NCBI GenBank assembly: GCA_012797845.1 | Contig: JAAZOH010000002.1 | Span: 1-60,216, forward strand | Source: Candidatus Beckwithbacteria bacterium | Lineage (GTDB): Bacteria > Patescibacteriota > Microgenomatia > UBA1400 > UBA1449 | Reading direction: 5' to 3' | Length of the DNA: 60,216 nt | Part shown: in pieces, positions 46,387-56,572 of the stretch | How positions within the stretch are numbered: the first letter of the stretch is position 1 | Layout: every line of letters begins with the position of its first letter | The notes under the pieces: model-generated | What the model saw: the letters and a program-made list of their open reading frames with translations, nothing else | Database searches by the model: none | What the model was told of the DNA's origin: nothing | Position numbers and translations under genes: made by a program

Positions 46387-48861
46387 TTAATTCACTTTTT
46401 CCAGCCATATTTTATCAAGCAACGTATTAGCTTCTCTACCACGAATAGTTAATGAATGACACCCTTTAGCCAAACCAAATATTTTCGGATTAAATTCACT
46501 ATTTTGCCAGTCACCATCGCCTCGCCATGAAACATATCTATTTGCAAATGTATTACCTGTTACTGGTATATCCCACAACATATAGTCACTCTCAGGCTCA
46601 TGATCTATATTGATGTAAAAAGAATTTGATGATTCACTAGAAGCTTTAACTAAGGCAAGAATTTGGTAATATCCATCTTCAGGAGCAAATACCATAATTT
46701 CAGCTTTTCCTCCTGCTTTTATTTGATTGGTATTATTAGTTTGATAAACATAGTCATTTACAGCTACAAATGGGACTTCTACTGAACTACTTCCGAAATT
46801 ATAAACACACTGAATAGCTGGAAGAAGATTAGTTGTAACCGGAGATGTAGTAGGTGTTGGCATTGGTGTTGATGTAGAAATAGGAGTCGGAGTTGGTGTG
46901 GGCATCGGAGTTGGTGTGGAAATAGGAGCTTCTTCGCCAGATACAGAAGATAAAACCATATCGTTGCTGTACCAAAGATATTCTATGGCAAACTTTTTAG
47001 CCCGAATTGCATTAAACAGCCAAATCTCATTATCAGTCATATAGCGATTTTGTGCTGACCAAAAAGGAATTGAATCTTGAGGAAAAGCGAGATAGTCTGG
47101 CTTGACCAAGTGATGAAACATCATAATATCAATGTAATCGTTATGATATTTTTCAGAATCAAGAAAATTTAAATAAGAATATTGATTAATACATTCTGTC
47201 CCATCAATATTCCAATCATCTCTACCTCCAAAGCTACTAGGCATATTGGTTCCTATAAAAATATAGCGAATGGGATCAATATAGGGCTTAAGTGCTCGAT
47301 AAACAGGTTCAACATTATGTTTAAATTCAGAAGGAATATCCTTATTCATTTTATAATAAAGTTGAGCTCCTTGACCCAACATATCAATTGTTACACAGGT
47401 ATATTGAGGATGAGGATGATAATTATGGTTATCTAATAAATAATTTGAATAAACATTATTTGTACTAATCGATTCATAAGAATTATTATCACCTTTTCTA
47501 GTTAGTGAATGAAAAGCGTAAGCCTTAGCTTTTTCTTGCCAGTTACTATTGTCAAACATTAATCCTTCTAAAGCTAAAATTGCAGCTCTTCCAGCATTTT
47601 CTTCACCTTTAGAATCATTAACAAATGTATCTTTATTATTACTTAACGGGGGAACATTATCTAGAATAAATTCTGCATTACGTTGTAGTGAAGATTTAAT
47701 ATCTTGTCTTAGTTCTTCAGGTAATTTTGGCCACAACAGCCAAGCCGCAAGGCCATAAGAATAAGCTTGAAGATGGAGTGTGTTGCAATTGGCTACGTTA
47801 ATGTCAGTACAATTTGCTTGATAATCAAATGTTTTAAAAGTTTTAGTGGCTTCAGATAAACTATTAATTGCCCTATTTAAATTTATAGGATCTTCATTTT
47901 CACGATATTTGACAGCAAAAACTAAAGCTGAATCAGACAAGATTCGCAACGGTGTTTTAAACTCATTTTTTATACTCAAATCTTTTTGGCCACCAACAAT
48001 CTTTTCGTTGTCTTTATCTATAAAATTAGTTGTGAACTTTCTACTGCTATTAGCATAATCTTCAATATATTTGTCAATATAAGATAAAGCTTGGCCACGC
48101 ATATCTTGATCAAAGGCAGTAATTTGAGTTTGTTTAAAATCATCAAAATAAATTGCTTTATCTTTTTTTGCCCAGTTTATTGCTAAAACCAAACTAGAAA
48201 CTTTAGTCATATCAGGTTTAATTGCTTGATTGCCTTCTAATGCTGTAGCCATACTCAAATTAACTTCATCAATACGTGCATAAGTGCCTCTATCCGTTGT
48301 GATAATTTCAAAACTATGCCAGCCTGTACTTCTTTTTACTCCAGTAAAAATTCCTTTAGTGCTACTATTATCTATAGTTCTGTAATAATAGTAATTTGGT
48401 GCAAGTGTTGGATGAACTCCCAGCATCACATATTTGTTTTCATCTCTAGCCATTAAAAAACCGCCAACATCATTGGTTCCCGGGTCATAAAACTTTATGG
48501 AAAAAATACCTTGCTGTGGTAATTCAAAGGTTTTAATTACCTGAGCAGCACTTCCATCAGAAGTGAGTTTTAAAGAAAAATCACCTTCGTTTTTGATATG
48601 ACTATCAAATGAAACTTGTTGTTCATCATTGGAATTAATTGCCCAGCCATTCAAATCATTATTAAATCCACTAGCAATAATCGTTTCTCCTTCCAAATTT
48701 TGGTAAAAAACCTCAGCTTGTTTTTCGGTTTTCTTATTAAAAAATAAAAAATATAATATTAACGCAATTAAAAAAAATGTTAAAAAAACAAATAAATATT
48801 TATATTTATTGAAAATCCCAAAATGTGTTTTTAATTGTAAAAATTTATCTTTTAAATTCAT
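46387..48861 (-). CDS. membrane-anchored extracellular glycan-active protein (lectin-like + helical toroid + PT linker + CBM-like)
   Basis: N-terminal TM, beta-sandwich region (GWHSFEI), helical region (GEENA, NHNYHPHPQY, GRDDW), PT repeat, C-terminal H.L.I.GRE..T.LDKI. Confidence 0.6.
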   Translation of the reverse strand: MNLKDKFLQLKTHFGIFNKYKYLFVFLTFFLIALILYFLFFNKKTEKQAEVFYQNLEGETIIASGFNNDLNGWAINSNDEQQVSFDSHIKNEGDFSLKLTSDGSAAQVIKTFELPQQGIFSIKFYDPGTNDVGGFLMARDENKYVMLGVHPTLAPNYYYYRTIDNSSTKGIFTGVKRSTGWHSFEIITTDRGTYARIDEVNLSMATALEGNQAIKPDMTKVSSLVLAINWAKKDKAIYFDDFKQTQITAFDQDMRGQALSYIDKYIEDYANSSRKFTTNFIDKDNEKIVGGQKDLSIKNEFKTPLRILSDSALVFAVKYRENEDPINLNRAINSLSEATKTFKTFDYQANCTDINVANCNTLHLQAYSYGLAAWLLWPKLPEELRQDIKSSLQRNAEFILDNVPPLSNNKDTFVNDSKGEENAGRAAILALEGLMFDNSNWQEKAKAYAFHSLTRKGDNNSYESISTNNVYSNYLLDNHNYHPHPQYTCVTIDMLGQGAQLYYKMNKDIPSEFKHNVEPVYRALKPYIDPIRYIFIGTNMPSSFGGRDDWNIDGTECINQYSYLNFLDSEKYHNDYIDIMMFHHLVKPDYLAFPQDSIPFWSAQNRYMTDNEIWLFNAIRAKKFAIEYLWYSNDMVLSSVSGEEAPISTPTPMPTPTPTPISTSTPMPTPTTSPVTTNLLPAIQCVYNFGSSSVEVPFVAVNDYVYQTNNTNQIKAGGKAEIMVFAPEDGYYQILALVKASSESSNSFYINIDHEPESDYMLWDIPVTGNTFANRYVSWRGDGDWQNSEFNPKIFGLAKGCHSLTIRGREANTLLDKIWLEKVN

Positions 48862-48936
48862 AAATATTCTTTTTAATAAAATTATTTTTTAATATTCATC
48901 CATAAGTTAAATACAAAGATAACTTTATCATCTTTA

Positions 48937-50424
48937 TTAGCTAATTTCAAAAATCTGCGCCTGCCAGGGTTTTAAGTCTATATACAAACCATGGGTAATA
49001 ATATCTTGGGTTTTATATACAAACTCTTTTTCAGACAGTTTTTCCAAAAACTTTGTTTTCTCTTGTTGGTTATTTATATCCGGCAATCTAATATTGGCTT
49101 GGCTATCATGGGAAGAATAGTTGATCACAAAAATAACCCGCTGCCCATCTTTTTCCCATTGATAGGCAATAATATCTAGATGATTTAACTTACCCACACT
49201 TTGAGCAGTGAGCTTTTGCCAGTTACCACTGTGTAACACATCTTGATTTAAAAGTCCTAATATTTTTTCATAATATGCTAATAAACCTTTGTGTACTGGT
49301 TCTTCGTAAGCTCGAGCCAGTTGTACTGGTATTTTATGGCTGCGGCCCTCTAACTGACCTTGATGCAATAAACGCATACCAGGTAGCGTAGCTGTTAGTG
49401 TGGCAGCAGCAGGTGATTTGATATAACCAAACTCAGCTACAACTCTAGGCTCGTCATGGTTTTCGACAAACCTAGTCCATTTAGAGCTCATTCTTTCGGT
49501 TTGCAGATACATACTGATTTCTGAGGCATGATCGGTTTTAAGCATATCGTAAAGCTTTTTATCATAGGTAAAATCAAAACCTAATCCCTGAAGCTGTTGC
49601 TCTCTCTCCCAATAGACTTCAGCAATAAAAACAAAATCAGGAAAATCTTTTTTAACATCGCTAATGACTGTGTCCCAAAACTCGCAGTCAGGATATGTCC
49701 AGCCACCTTGTTCTAATTGAGCTTTCCAAGTAGAGGCAAAAATATCATTAAGAGCCAACATAGCCATATCGCAGCGTAAGCCATCACAATGGCTGGCAAT
49801 TTCGCTTAACGTAAAAAGTAGTGCTTCTCTAGTTTCGGGGTTAAAGTAATTAAGTTGAGCAGTATCGGTCCAAGGTGGAAAATAGGGATCACGGCCATGA
49901 GCAATATAAAACTCTTCGTCACCAAGATTAACGGGGAAATAATCATCCTTCATTTGAGCAGCTATTTCAGCTGTAGTTTGAATGTAGTACTGCGGATGAT
50001 CCTTGACCCATTTATGGTCTAAAGCCGTATGATTGGGTACAAAATCCAAAACTACTCCAATACCTAGCTTGTGTAGTTTTTCCCGGACTTGATCAAGTTC
50101 ATTCCAGTCACCTAAATTTGGGTTGATGTCATAATCCCGGATGGCATATGGTGAGCCAATTACATCTTCTTGGGTCCAATCTGGCAAAGCTTGGTAATAA
50201 TCTTCATGCAAATATGTTAGCGAAGCTGAAACACTGACACCCAATCTGGTTGGTTTCCAGATTCCCATTAGCCAAAGATAGTCAAAACCTAGGTCTTTGA
50301 AACGTTGCCAATACTTATCAGGAATCTGATTGAGCGTGATAGACTTACCGATTTCTTTGGTAATTTCTCTCAGCCAAACACGAGTATTAATTTCATACAA
50401 AGTAGGATTGGGGCGAAATTTCAT
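48937..50424 (-). CDS. alpha-amylase family glycoside hydrolase (GH13)
   Basis: LDFVPNHT, DGLRCDMA, IAEVY, FVENHDE. Confidence 0.92.
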   Translation of the reverse strand: MKFRPNPTLYEINTRVWLREITKEIGKSITLNQIPDKYWQRFKDLGFDYLWLMGIWKPTRLGVSVSASLTYLHEDYYQALPDWTQEDVIGSPYAIRDYDINPNLGDWNELDQVREKLHKLGIGVVLDFVPNHTALDHKWVKDHPQYYIQTTAEIAAQMKDDYFPVNLGDEEFYIAHGRDPYFPPWTDTAQLNYFNPETREALLFTLSEIASHCDGLRCDMAMLALNDIFASTWKAQLEQGGWTYPDCEFWDTVISDVKKDFPDFVFIAEVYWEREQQLQGLGFDFTYDKKLYDMLKTDHASEISMYLQTERMSSKWTRFVENHDEPRVVAEFGYIKSPAAATLTATLPGMRLLHQGQLEGRSHKIPVQLARAYEEPVHKGLLAYYEKILGLLNQDVLHSGNWQKLTAQSVGKLNHLDIIAYQWEKDGQRVIFVINYSSHDSQANIRLPDINNQQEKTKFLEKLSEKEFVYKTQDIITHGLYIDLKPWQAQIFEIS

Positions 50425-50488
50425 GGGCAGTTGTTCTCAAAAATGAATTAGGATATTATTGTCAAATACTATTAAAGCAAATCTAGCT

Positions 50489-51109
50489 ATGAAACCGCAA
50501 ACCCTAATTGCTTTTGCTGCTACTTTATTATTAACCGCTTGTTCTGTTTCAGTGACTGATGCAGACCAAGTTCCCAGTCCAAGCCCAAAGGAGATACCTA
50601 TGAGTCAAGCACCAGCCATGCAAATTGATGCAGAAAAAAATTACACCGCTATTTTAAAAACTGATAAAGGCGATATTACAATTGCTTTAAATGCTAAAGC
50701 TACACCAATTACCGTCAATAATTTTGTTAGTCTTGCTAAAAAAGGTTTTTATGATGGTACAAATTTTCACCGGGTAGTTGAAGGTTTTATGATCCAAGGC
50801 GGTGATCCTAGCGGGAATGGGACTGGCGGACCAGGCTATCAATTTGATGATGAATCGTTTGAAGGTGAGTACACTCGTGGAACTGTAGCAATGGCTAATG
50901 CTGGTCCAAATACTAATGGTAGCCAATTTTTCATCATGCATCAGGATTATGATTTACCAAAAAATTATGTGATTTTTGGTAAAGTTACTGACGGTATGGA
51001 TATAGTTGACCAAATTGCCACCTCAGAAGTGACAGCTGGAGCCGGGGGAGAACTTTCTAAGCCACTTTCTCCAACTCTTGTTCAGACTGTAAAAATTGTT
51101 GAGAACTAG
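50489..51109 (+). CDS. cyclophilin-type peptidyl-prolyl isomerase, lipoprotein
   Basis: LLTAC lipobox; FYDGTNFHRVVEGFMIQGGDP; VAMAN.GPNTNGSQFFI. Confidence 0.95.
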   Translation: MKPQTLIAFAATLLLTACSVSVTDADQVPSPSPKEIPMSQAPAMQIDAEKNYTAILKTDKGDITIALNAKATPITVNNFVSLAKKGFYDGTNFHRVVEGFMIQGGDPSGNGTGGPGYQFDDESFEGEYTRGTVAMANAGPNTNGSQFFIMHQDYDLPKNYVIFGKVTDGMDIVDQIATSEVTAGAGGELSKPLSPTLVQTVKIVEN

Positions 51110-51659
51110 GCTTCTCTGGAGCAGGGATTAGAGTTGCTTGAATACCATGAAGTTCTAAAAAGGAAACAATAACTTGGCTCCAATACTTTACTAAAACGAG
51201 TTTTTGAGCTGTAGTAAATCGATCATACTTAGTTCTTTTGCTTACTATTTCTTTAAGAAATTCGTATTTGAGCTTTATATCTTTAAATTGCTCTAGAATT
51301 TTTACATCATTTATAAAATGAATTTGTTTTAGCGCCATTAAAAGACCACCTAGTGAATTTAATGTCATTCTATTGTTTGCAAGAGCATCTTCGGGTTGAG
51401 GAGATTGTTGATGCCGCCATGTTAGACGCGCTTGATGATTTCCTGCAAGATTATCTGAAATTAAACACGAACTCAGAAAAGTACATAACATATTAATTCC
51501 TGGATAGTTACTTTTACCCTGAAAACAATATCCTCTATCATGGATAACTAAACCCACTTTATCAGGATCAGCAAAATCTGAATATTCTATTTCCCCATGA
51601 TCGCTTAAATATGACTCTGGTCTATTTCCAGTATTTGCGTTTGCTATTGCCTCAAGCAT
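51057..51659 (-). CDS. hypothetical protein
   Basis: Clean 200-aa ORF; 3' end overlaps the cyclophilin 3' end. Confidence 0.6.
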   Translation of the reverse strand: MLEAIANANTGNRPESYLSDHGEIEYSDFADPDKVGLVIHDRGYCFQGKSNYPGINMLCTFLSSCLISDNLAGNHQARLTWRHQQSPQPEDALANNRMTLNSLGGLLMALKQIHFINDVKILEQFKDIKLKYEFLKEIVSKRTKYDRFTTAQKLVLVKYWSQVIVSFLELHGIQATLIPAPEKPSSQQFLQSEQELEKVA

Positions 51660-51693
51660 AAAACTTTTTCTTTTTTATAAATTTATAAAATAA

Positions 51694-52296
51694 TTATGGT
51701 TTATCTTGTTCTAGGGCCTTTTTTAAGCCTTCTAAAAACCCGCTTGAATTAGCTGAATTTTGGATAACAGTGCATCCAAAAACTTGTTCAAGTATATCTT
51801 TTACTAGTTGAGTAGTTTCTTGACACCATTCTTCCTGAGTCCTCTCTTCTCTTTTTCCTCTAAAACCCTCTCTAAAATTATTGATCCTTTCCAATAACTC
51901 TGGATATTTTTCAGAAATTTCATTTAAAAAACCTGGCTCAGTCTCCTCAATTACATTAATTCCAGCTAATAATACAGATATAGAGTTTGTCTTTATGCGA
52001 TTTTTTTGAAGATAGGTTTGTAAAGTAGGAAATGTATTTAATGTTTTAAAAAAAACTTCTCTCTTAGCTTGTGATGGAAAATCATCAGCAAAATAAGGTT
52101 TTTCTAGAAAACGAATCAGGTTTTTTTTAAACATAGTTCTAAGTGATTCAGATATCTGACTTTGCTCTTGATGATCTATTACTATGTAACCCATATCAAA
52201 AACAGTAAAAACAAGATTATGAATACTACCATCGACTTCTAAAGACCAAGGAAATTCATCAAACCTAACTGTATCAACTGTAGGAGCTTCATTCAT
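51694..52296 (-). CDS. hypothetical protein
   Basis: Clean 200-aa ORF. Confidence 0.65.
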   Translation of the reverse strand: MNEAPTVDTVRFDEFPWSLEVDGSIHNLVFTVFDMGYIVIDHQEQSQISESLRTMFKKNLIRFLEKPYFADDFPSQAKREVFFKTLNTFPTLQTYLQKNRIKTNSISVLLAGINVIEETEPGFLNEISEKYPELLERINNFREGFRGKREERTQEEWCQETTQLVKDILEQVFGCTVIQNSANSSGFLEGLKKALEQDKP

Positions 52297-52394
52297 ATCT
52301 TTATTTTTAAGATAATTATGTATTCGCCAATAAGTTATATGATAATATGAAAGAGTAACATGTAAAAATGTAATTTTTAGAAAAGGAGATTTTT

Positions 52395-52913
52395 ATGAAA
52401 AAGATAAGCTATTTTTGGATTCTAGCCATCAGTTGTTTGATGTTGGCTTCATGTGATGTAATTGTCAATATGACTCCAAAAGCGGCTTCAGATGCAAATG
52501 AATCAGCAGCTAAAGCAACTCCCGCTCCCAGCTCAACCCCAGAAGAAGTTACTTTTGAAGATGAACAAGCTCAAGATGATGAGCAGCCTGGTGAAGAGGC
52601 TCGAATGGAAACTAAGCAACAAGTTGCCCAAATAGCTCTGACTCAAGCCATGGCTCAGCTTCATAATAAAGTCTATGATGATGTGAATCTAACTATTGGC
52701 AAATTTGATGGTGACTATGCTTCTGGTGGAGTTAAATTTGCTGGGGAAATGGGTGGTGGTTGGTTTTTAGGAGCTAAAGAAAATGGAGCTTGGGTTATTG
52801 TTCAAGATGGTAATGGTACTATTTCTTGTCAAAAAACTGACCCCTACAACTTTCCGGTAGATATGGTGCCAGAGTGTTATGATGAAGTAACTATGCAGAT
52901 AGTACAAAGATAA
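52395..52913 (+). CDS. putative lipoprotein
   Basis: AGGAG SD, MLASC lipobox, G.W.IVQDGNG..SC motif. Confidence 0.78.
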   Translation: MKKISYFWILAISCLMLASCDVIVNMTPKAASDANESAAKATPAPSSTPEEVTFEDEQAQDDEQPGEEARMETKQQVAQIALTQAMAQLHNKVYDDVNLTIGKFDGDYASGGVKFAGEMGGGWFLGAKENGAWVIVQDGNGTISCQKTDPYNFPVDMVPECYDEVTMQIVQR

Positions 52914-52919
52914 ATATAT

Positions 52920-53129
52920 ATGAATACTATTTCTCAAGAAGGTCAAAAACCAATTGGTTTTGAAGGTTCTGCAGTAAGTAGTGAAATACAAGATTTATTA
53001 GCAAAACTTCTTTTTGTGAGTGACCCTAAAGAAAGAACAGCTATTTCGCAAGAAATTGAAAGATTAAAACAATCACCAGAAGCTCAAAAGGACGCACAAA
53101 GACAATTTGAAGCTTCTAAGTTGGAATAG
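52920..53129 (+). CDS. small hypothetical protein
   Basis: 69-aa ORF directly downstream. Confidence 0.5.
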   Translation: MNTISQEGQKPIGFEGSAVSSEIQDLLAKLLFVSDPKERTAISQEIERLKQSPEAQKDAQRQFEASKLE

Positions 53130-53139
53130 ATTTATAAGA

Positions 53140-53156
53140 GCCGCGCAACACGCGGC
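53140..53156. terminator. GC-rich hairpin between convergent genes
   Basis: GCCGCG-caaca-CGCGGC. Confidence 0.5.
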
Positions 53157-53171
53157 CCCTTATTATCACCT

Positions 53172-54920
53172 CTACTTTACTGTCACACTTTTTGCCAAAT
53201 TTCTAGGTTTGTCCGGATCAGCCCCTCGTTCTAAACCCAAGTAATAGCCAAGTAATTGCCCCACCATAATATTGCCAAAAACACTCAACTCGCCTAAGTC
53301 TGGGGTTTGGATCCAAGTATCAAACTCAACTGAGTTTTTAGGGCCAACGCCAATTACTTGCCCACCCCTAGCTTTAACTTGAGCTGCTGAAGAGCAAATT
53401 TCACTGAAGTACTGATCAAAATTAGCCAAGACAAAAATCGGGGTGCCTTTTTCAATCAGACTAATAACTCCATGCTTGAGCTCACCGGCTGCAAAAGCCT
53501 CTGCATGGATGTAGCTGGTTTCTTTAATTTTTAAAGCAAATTCCAAAGCAGCTGGATAATTTAAATCTTTGCCGATCACAAAAATATGGTGGTTTTTTGC
53601 TAGTTTTTTAGCTAAGCTTTGCAATTGATTCATCTGCTTTGCCTGCAAAAATGAGCTAATTTTAGAAAAGTCAGATAGCTGAAATTTTCCGTTTAAATAC
53701 TGAGTAATTCTAACCATATGAGCTAGTTGCGAGGTAAAGGCTTTAGTTGAAACTACAGCTATCTCTGGTCCAGCAGCTACTGGAATAGTCAAATCAGCTA
53801 GACGTTGCAAAGTTGAACCTTGAGCATTAACTAAAGCAATTACTTTAGCACCCTTCTTTTTGGCGGCTTTAATTGCCAGAAGTACATCAGCAGTTTCACC
53901 ACTTTGAGAAAAAGCTATAATCACGCTTTTTTCAGTAGTAAAGTCTAAAAAAGACCGACACTCATGTGCCATATAAGCTCTACCAAAGGCACCTTGTTTG
54001 GCTAGTAAATACTCTCCTAGCAGTGCGCAATGATAAGCGGTGCCACAGCCAGTTAGCAATACTTGATCAGCTTTTTTAATTTGCTGGGCTGCGAGCTGAT
54101 AAGTTTTACCTTCAGATTTGGCAATTTTTGGCAAAATCGTAGCCTGTTCGTTCACTTCTTTGATAAAAAAATGCCGGTAGCCTTCTTTAGCAATTTTTTG
54201 GTTGCCCAGGTGATTTGCCTGCTTTTTCTTTTGGATTGGTTTTTTATCAGCCACTTTAAAGTAAACAACTTCGTTTTCAGATATAACTACAGCTTCACCA
54301 TCATCCAAGTAAACTACCTCTTTAGCTTTGCCAGCTAAGGCATTTTGATCAGAAGCCAAAAACTGCTCTTTACCATTAATTCCGAGTAGCAAGGGCGAGC
54401 CATCACGGCAGCCAATCAGCTGCTTACTTTGAGTATCAAAAACCACAATAGCATTGGAACCTTGCAGCTTGATAAAACTTTCCAAAGTAGCTGTAACAAA
54501 ATCAGGTTTATGTTTAAGCTGTTCCTCAATCAAATGAGCAATGACTTCAGTATCTGATTGGGATGTGAAGTTATGACCTTGTTTTTCCAACCCTGCTTTC
54601 AGCTGGTTGTAATTTTCAACCATGCCGTTGTGCACTACTGCAATCCGGCCCCTACAATCAAAATGCGGATGAGCATTCGTTATGGTTACCCCACCATGAG
54701 TAGCCCAACGGGTATGACCTAAAGCAATGTGACCTTGAGGATATTTAGTTTCGGCTTGACCAATTTTGCCCACATGCTTTTCATACTTTAGTTTTCCATT
54801 TTGTAAAACTGCTAAACCCCAAGAGTCATAACCCCGATATTCCAAGGCCTTAAGGCCAGTCAAAACCGTTTGGCCAGCTTGACTTTTTGAATCATTAAAA
54901 ATTGCAAATATGCCACACAT
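53172..54920 (-). CDS. glmS: glutamine--fructose-6-phosphate transaminase (isomerizing)
   Basis: MCGI N-terminal nucleophile, LEYRGYDS, GHTRWATHG, SQSGETAD, STKAFT, ELKHG, PRNLAKSVTV. Confidence 0.98.
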   Translation of the reverse strand: MCGIFAIFNDSKSQAGQTVLTGLKALEYRGYDSWGLAVLQNGKLKYEKHVGKIGQAETKYPQGHIALGHTRWATHGGVTITNAHPHFDCRGRIAVVHNGMVENYNQLKAGLEKQGHNFTSQSDTEVIAHLIEEQLKHKPDFVTATLESFIKLQGSNAIVVFDTQSKQLIGCRDGSPLLLGINGKEQFLASDQNALAGKAKEVVYLDDGEAVVISENEVVYFKVADKKPIQKKKQANHLGNQKIAKEGYRHFFIKEVNEQATILPKIAKSEGKTYQLAAQQIKKADQVLLTGCGTAYHCALLGEYLLAKQGAFGRAYMAHECRSFLDFTTEKSVIIAFSQSGETADVLLAIKAAKKKGAKVIALVNAQGSTLQRLADLTIPVAAGPEIAVVSTKAFTSQLAHMVRITQYLNGKFQLSDFSKISSFLQAKQMNQLQSLAKKLAKNHHIFVIGKDLNYPAALEFALKIKETSYIHAEAFAAGELKHGVISLIEKGTPIFVLANFDQYFSEICSSAAQVKARGGQVIGVGPKNSVEFDTWIQTPDLGELSVFGNIMVGQLLGYYLGLERGADPDKPRNLAKSVTVK

Positions 54921-55029
54921 ACCTTAAATTTCAAATTGCAAATTTCAAATATTAAAATAAATATCAAATCACAATTTGATGTATTAAAAATAATTAGATA
55001 GAAATTAGAAATTGGAACTGGAGTAAATT

Positions 55030-55215
55030 CCTGACTTTTAGTAATAACTTTGTCACAAAATTACTTTTGGATTTAATTATTACATTGTGGGCTAAGTCTG
55101 ACCCAGAAGGTTTCCGCAGATGCTAACCAGCTTATGCTAGTTGTCCGACTTCCCTCGATAAACTCGGGACCTTCTTCCTCGTCTCCCCTAGATGAACTCG
55201 GGGCCTTGCGCTCGT
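55030..55215 (-). ncRNA. glmS ribozyme (GlcN6P-activated), variant with insertions
   Basis: In the glmS 5' leader, in canonical order: A^GCGC (55212/55211), P1 CCCC/GGGG, GACGAGG, AGAAGGU, UUUAUCGAG, UCGG, GCGGA, ACCUUCU, then AGUAAU..GUGACAAAG..AUUACU. Confidence 0.85.
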
Positions 55216-55282
55216 GCTACTTTTATGCTCCTTTACCTCCTTTCGCGTTAATTACGCTACCATAGTACAATAATCTTACCAT

Positions 55283-56572
55283 ATGTTTGCACGAGCATTT
55301 TATACTACAACTCTCAAACCTTTTTTGTCCAAATTTATCACTATCGACCTAGACTATGTCATCTCTGGTTCGTTTTGGCAAATTGGTCGGCAAGTAGTCA
55401 ACAACCTAACCTCTTTAGTGGTAGCAGTGTTAATGGCCCGACAGCTGAGCCAATCAGCGTATGGTACCTACAACTATTTAATGTCGGTGTTGGGAATTGT
55501 AGTTTTAGCTTCTTTACCTGGTATGAATGCGGCTGTGACCCAAGCTTCAGCCAAAAAAGAACCCAACATTTTACTGCCTGCTTTTTGGGACAAAGTTAAA
55601 TGGAGTTTATTAGGCAGTTTAGCTACTTTAGCTTTGGCAATTTATTATTATTTCCAAAACCAGCCAGAACTAGTTTTTGGTTTGCTGGTTATGGCGCTTT
55701 TTTTCCCCATTCACTTTTCACCCCAACTCTATGAAGCTTTTTTGCACGGCAAAAAACGATTTAAAACTACTGCCATATATGAATCAATTTTTAATATTAT
55801 TTTATGCTTACTTTTTGTTATTACTCTACAAATAAGCTCTAACCCAATTATCTTTTTTGCTATTTATGTGATTACCCAATCAGTGCTCAAACTATTTTTT
55901 CTTTACAAAACATACCAGCAATTTCCAGCCAAAGATAAAACTCGGCCCAAAACTATGATTGTTTATGGTCGACATTTAAGCGTTTTAAATGCTGTTAGCA
56001 TTATTTCTTCACAAATTGATCGGATTTTGCTTTTTACTTTTTTAGGCCCGGCTCAATTAGCCATCTACTCTTTGGGTATTTTGCCGTTGGAAAAAGTCCT
56101 GCTGGTTTTTAGTAACATCACCGCCTTAGCTCTACCCAAGTTTGCCGAAAAAACCTTGGGTCAAATTAAACTCAGCTTGCCAAGGCGCATAGTAGAGCTC
56201 ATGGTGGTTGGTGCTTTTAGCGTCATAGTGTATTGGTTACTGGCTCCTCCATTTTTTAAAATATTTTTCCCAAAATACATAAGCTCAATTACCATTTCCC
56301 AGCTGTCCATGCTGGCCCTTATTTTCCGTTTGCCGGCTCTCCTACTACAGGCTTTTGGTCAGGCAAAAGTCACTCTTTTTCCTAAAAACTTTTTATATGC
56401 AACCAGCGTTATTCCGCAAATTTTCTTTATCCTGATTTTGTACGCTGCCATCTTTTATTTTGGGCTCTTGGGAGCTATTTGGGCTCGGGTTTTGATTGCA
56501 GCTATTGTACTAGTTGTCGGACTTTTCAACTGGAATTATTTGATCCGAATCCGCAGTGATAACAGTCTATGA
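55283..56572 (+). CDS. oligosaccharide flippase (Wzx/MATE-like)
   Basis: About 12 TM; LMARQLS..YG.Y, YGRHLS, DRILL..FLG..QLAIYS. Confidence 0.9.
   Translation: MFARAFYTTTLKPFLSKFITIDLDYVISGSFWQIGRQVVNNLTSLVVAVLMARQLSQSAYGTYNYLMSVLGIVVLASLPGMNAAVTQASAKKEPNILLPAFWDKVKWSLLGSLATLALAIYYYFQNQPELVFGLLVMALFFPIHFSPQLYEAFLHGKKRFKTTAIYESIFNIILCLLFVITLQISSNPIIFFAIYVITQSVLKLFFLYKTYQQFPAKDKTRPKTMIVYGRHLSVLNAVSIISSQIDRILLFTFLGPAQLAIYSLGILPLEKVLLVFSNITALALPKFAEKTLGQIKLSLPRRIVELMVVGAFSVIVYWLLAPPFFKIFFPKYISSITISQLSMLALIFRLPALLLQAFGQAKVTLFPKNFLYATSVIPQIFFILILYAAIFYFGLLGAIWARVLIAAIVLVVGLFNWNYLIRIRSDNSL

Noticed and set aside
46850-46925. ACC/CCA-rich tandem repeat as phase-variation or VNTR locus
   Set aside because: Encodes an ordinary in-frame Pro/Thr linker with degenerate codons.
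54925-55020. AT-rich AAATTTCAAAT-like iterations between the ribozyme and glmS
   Set aside because: Low-complexity and short; no defined unit or structure.
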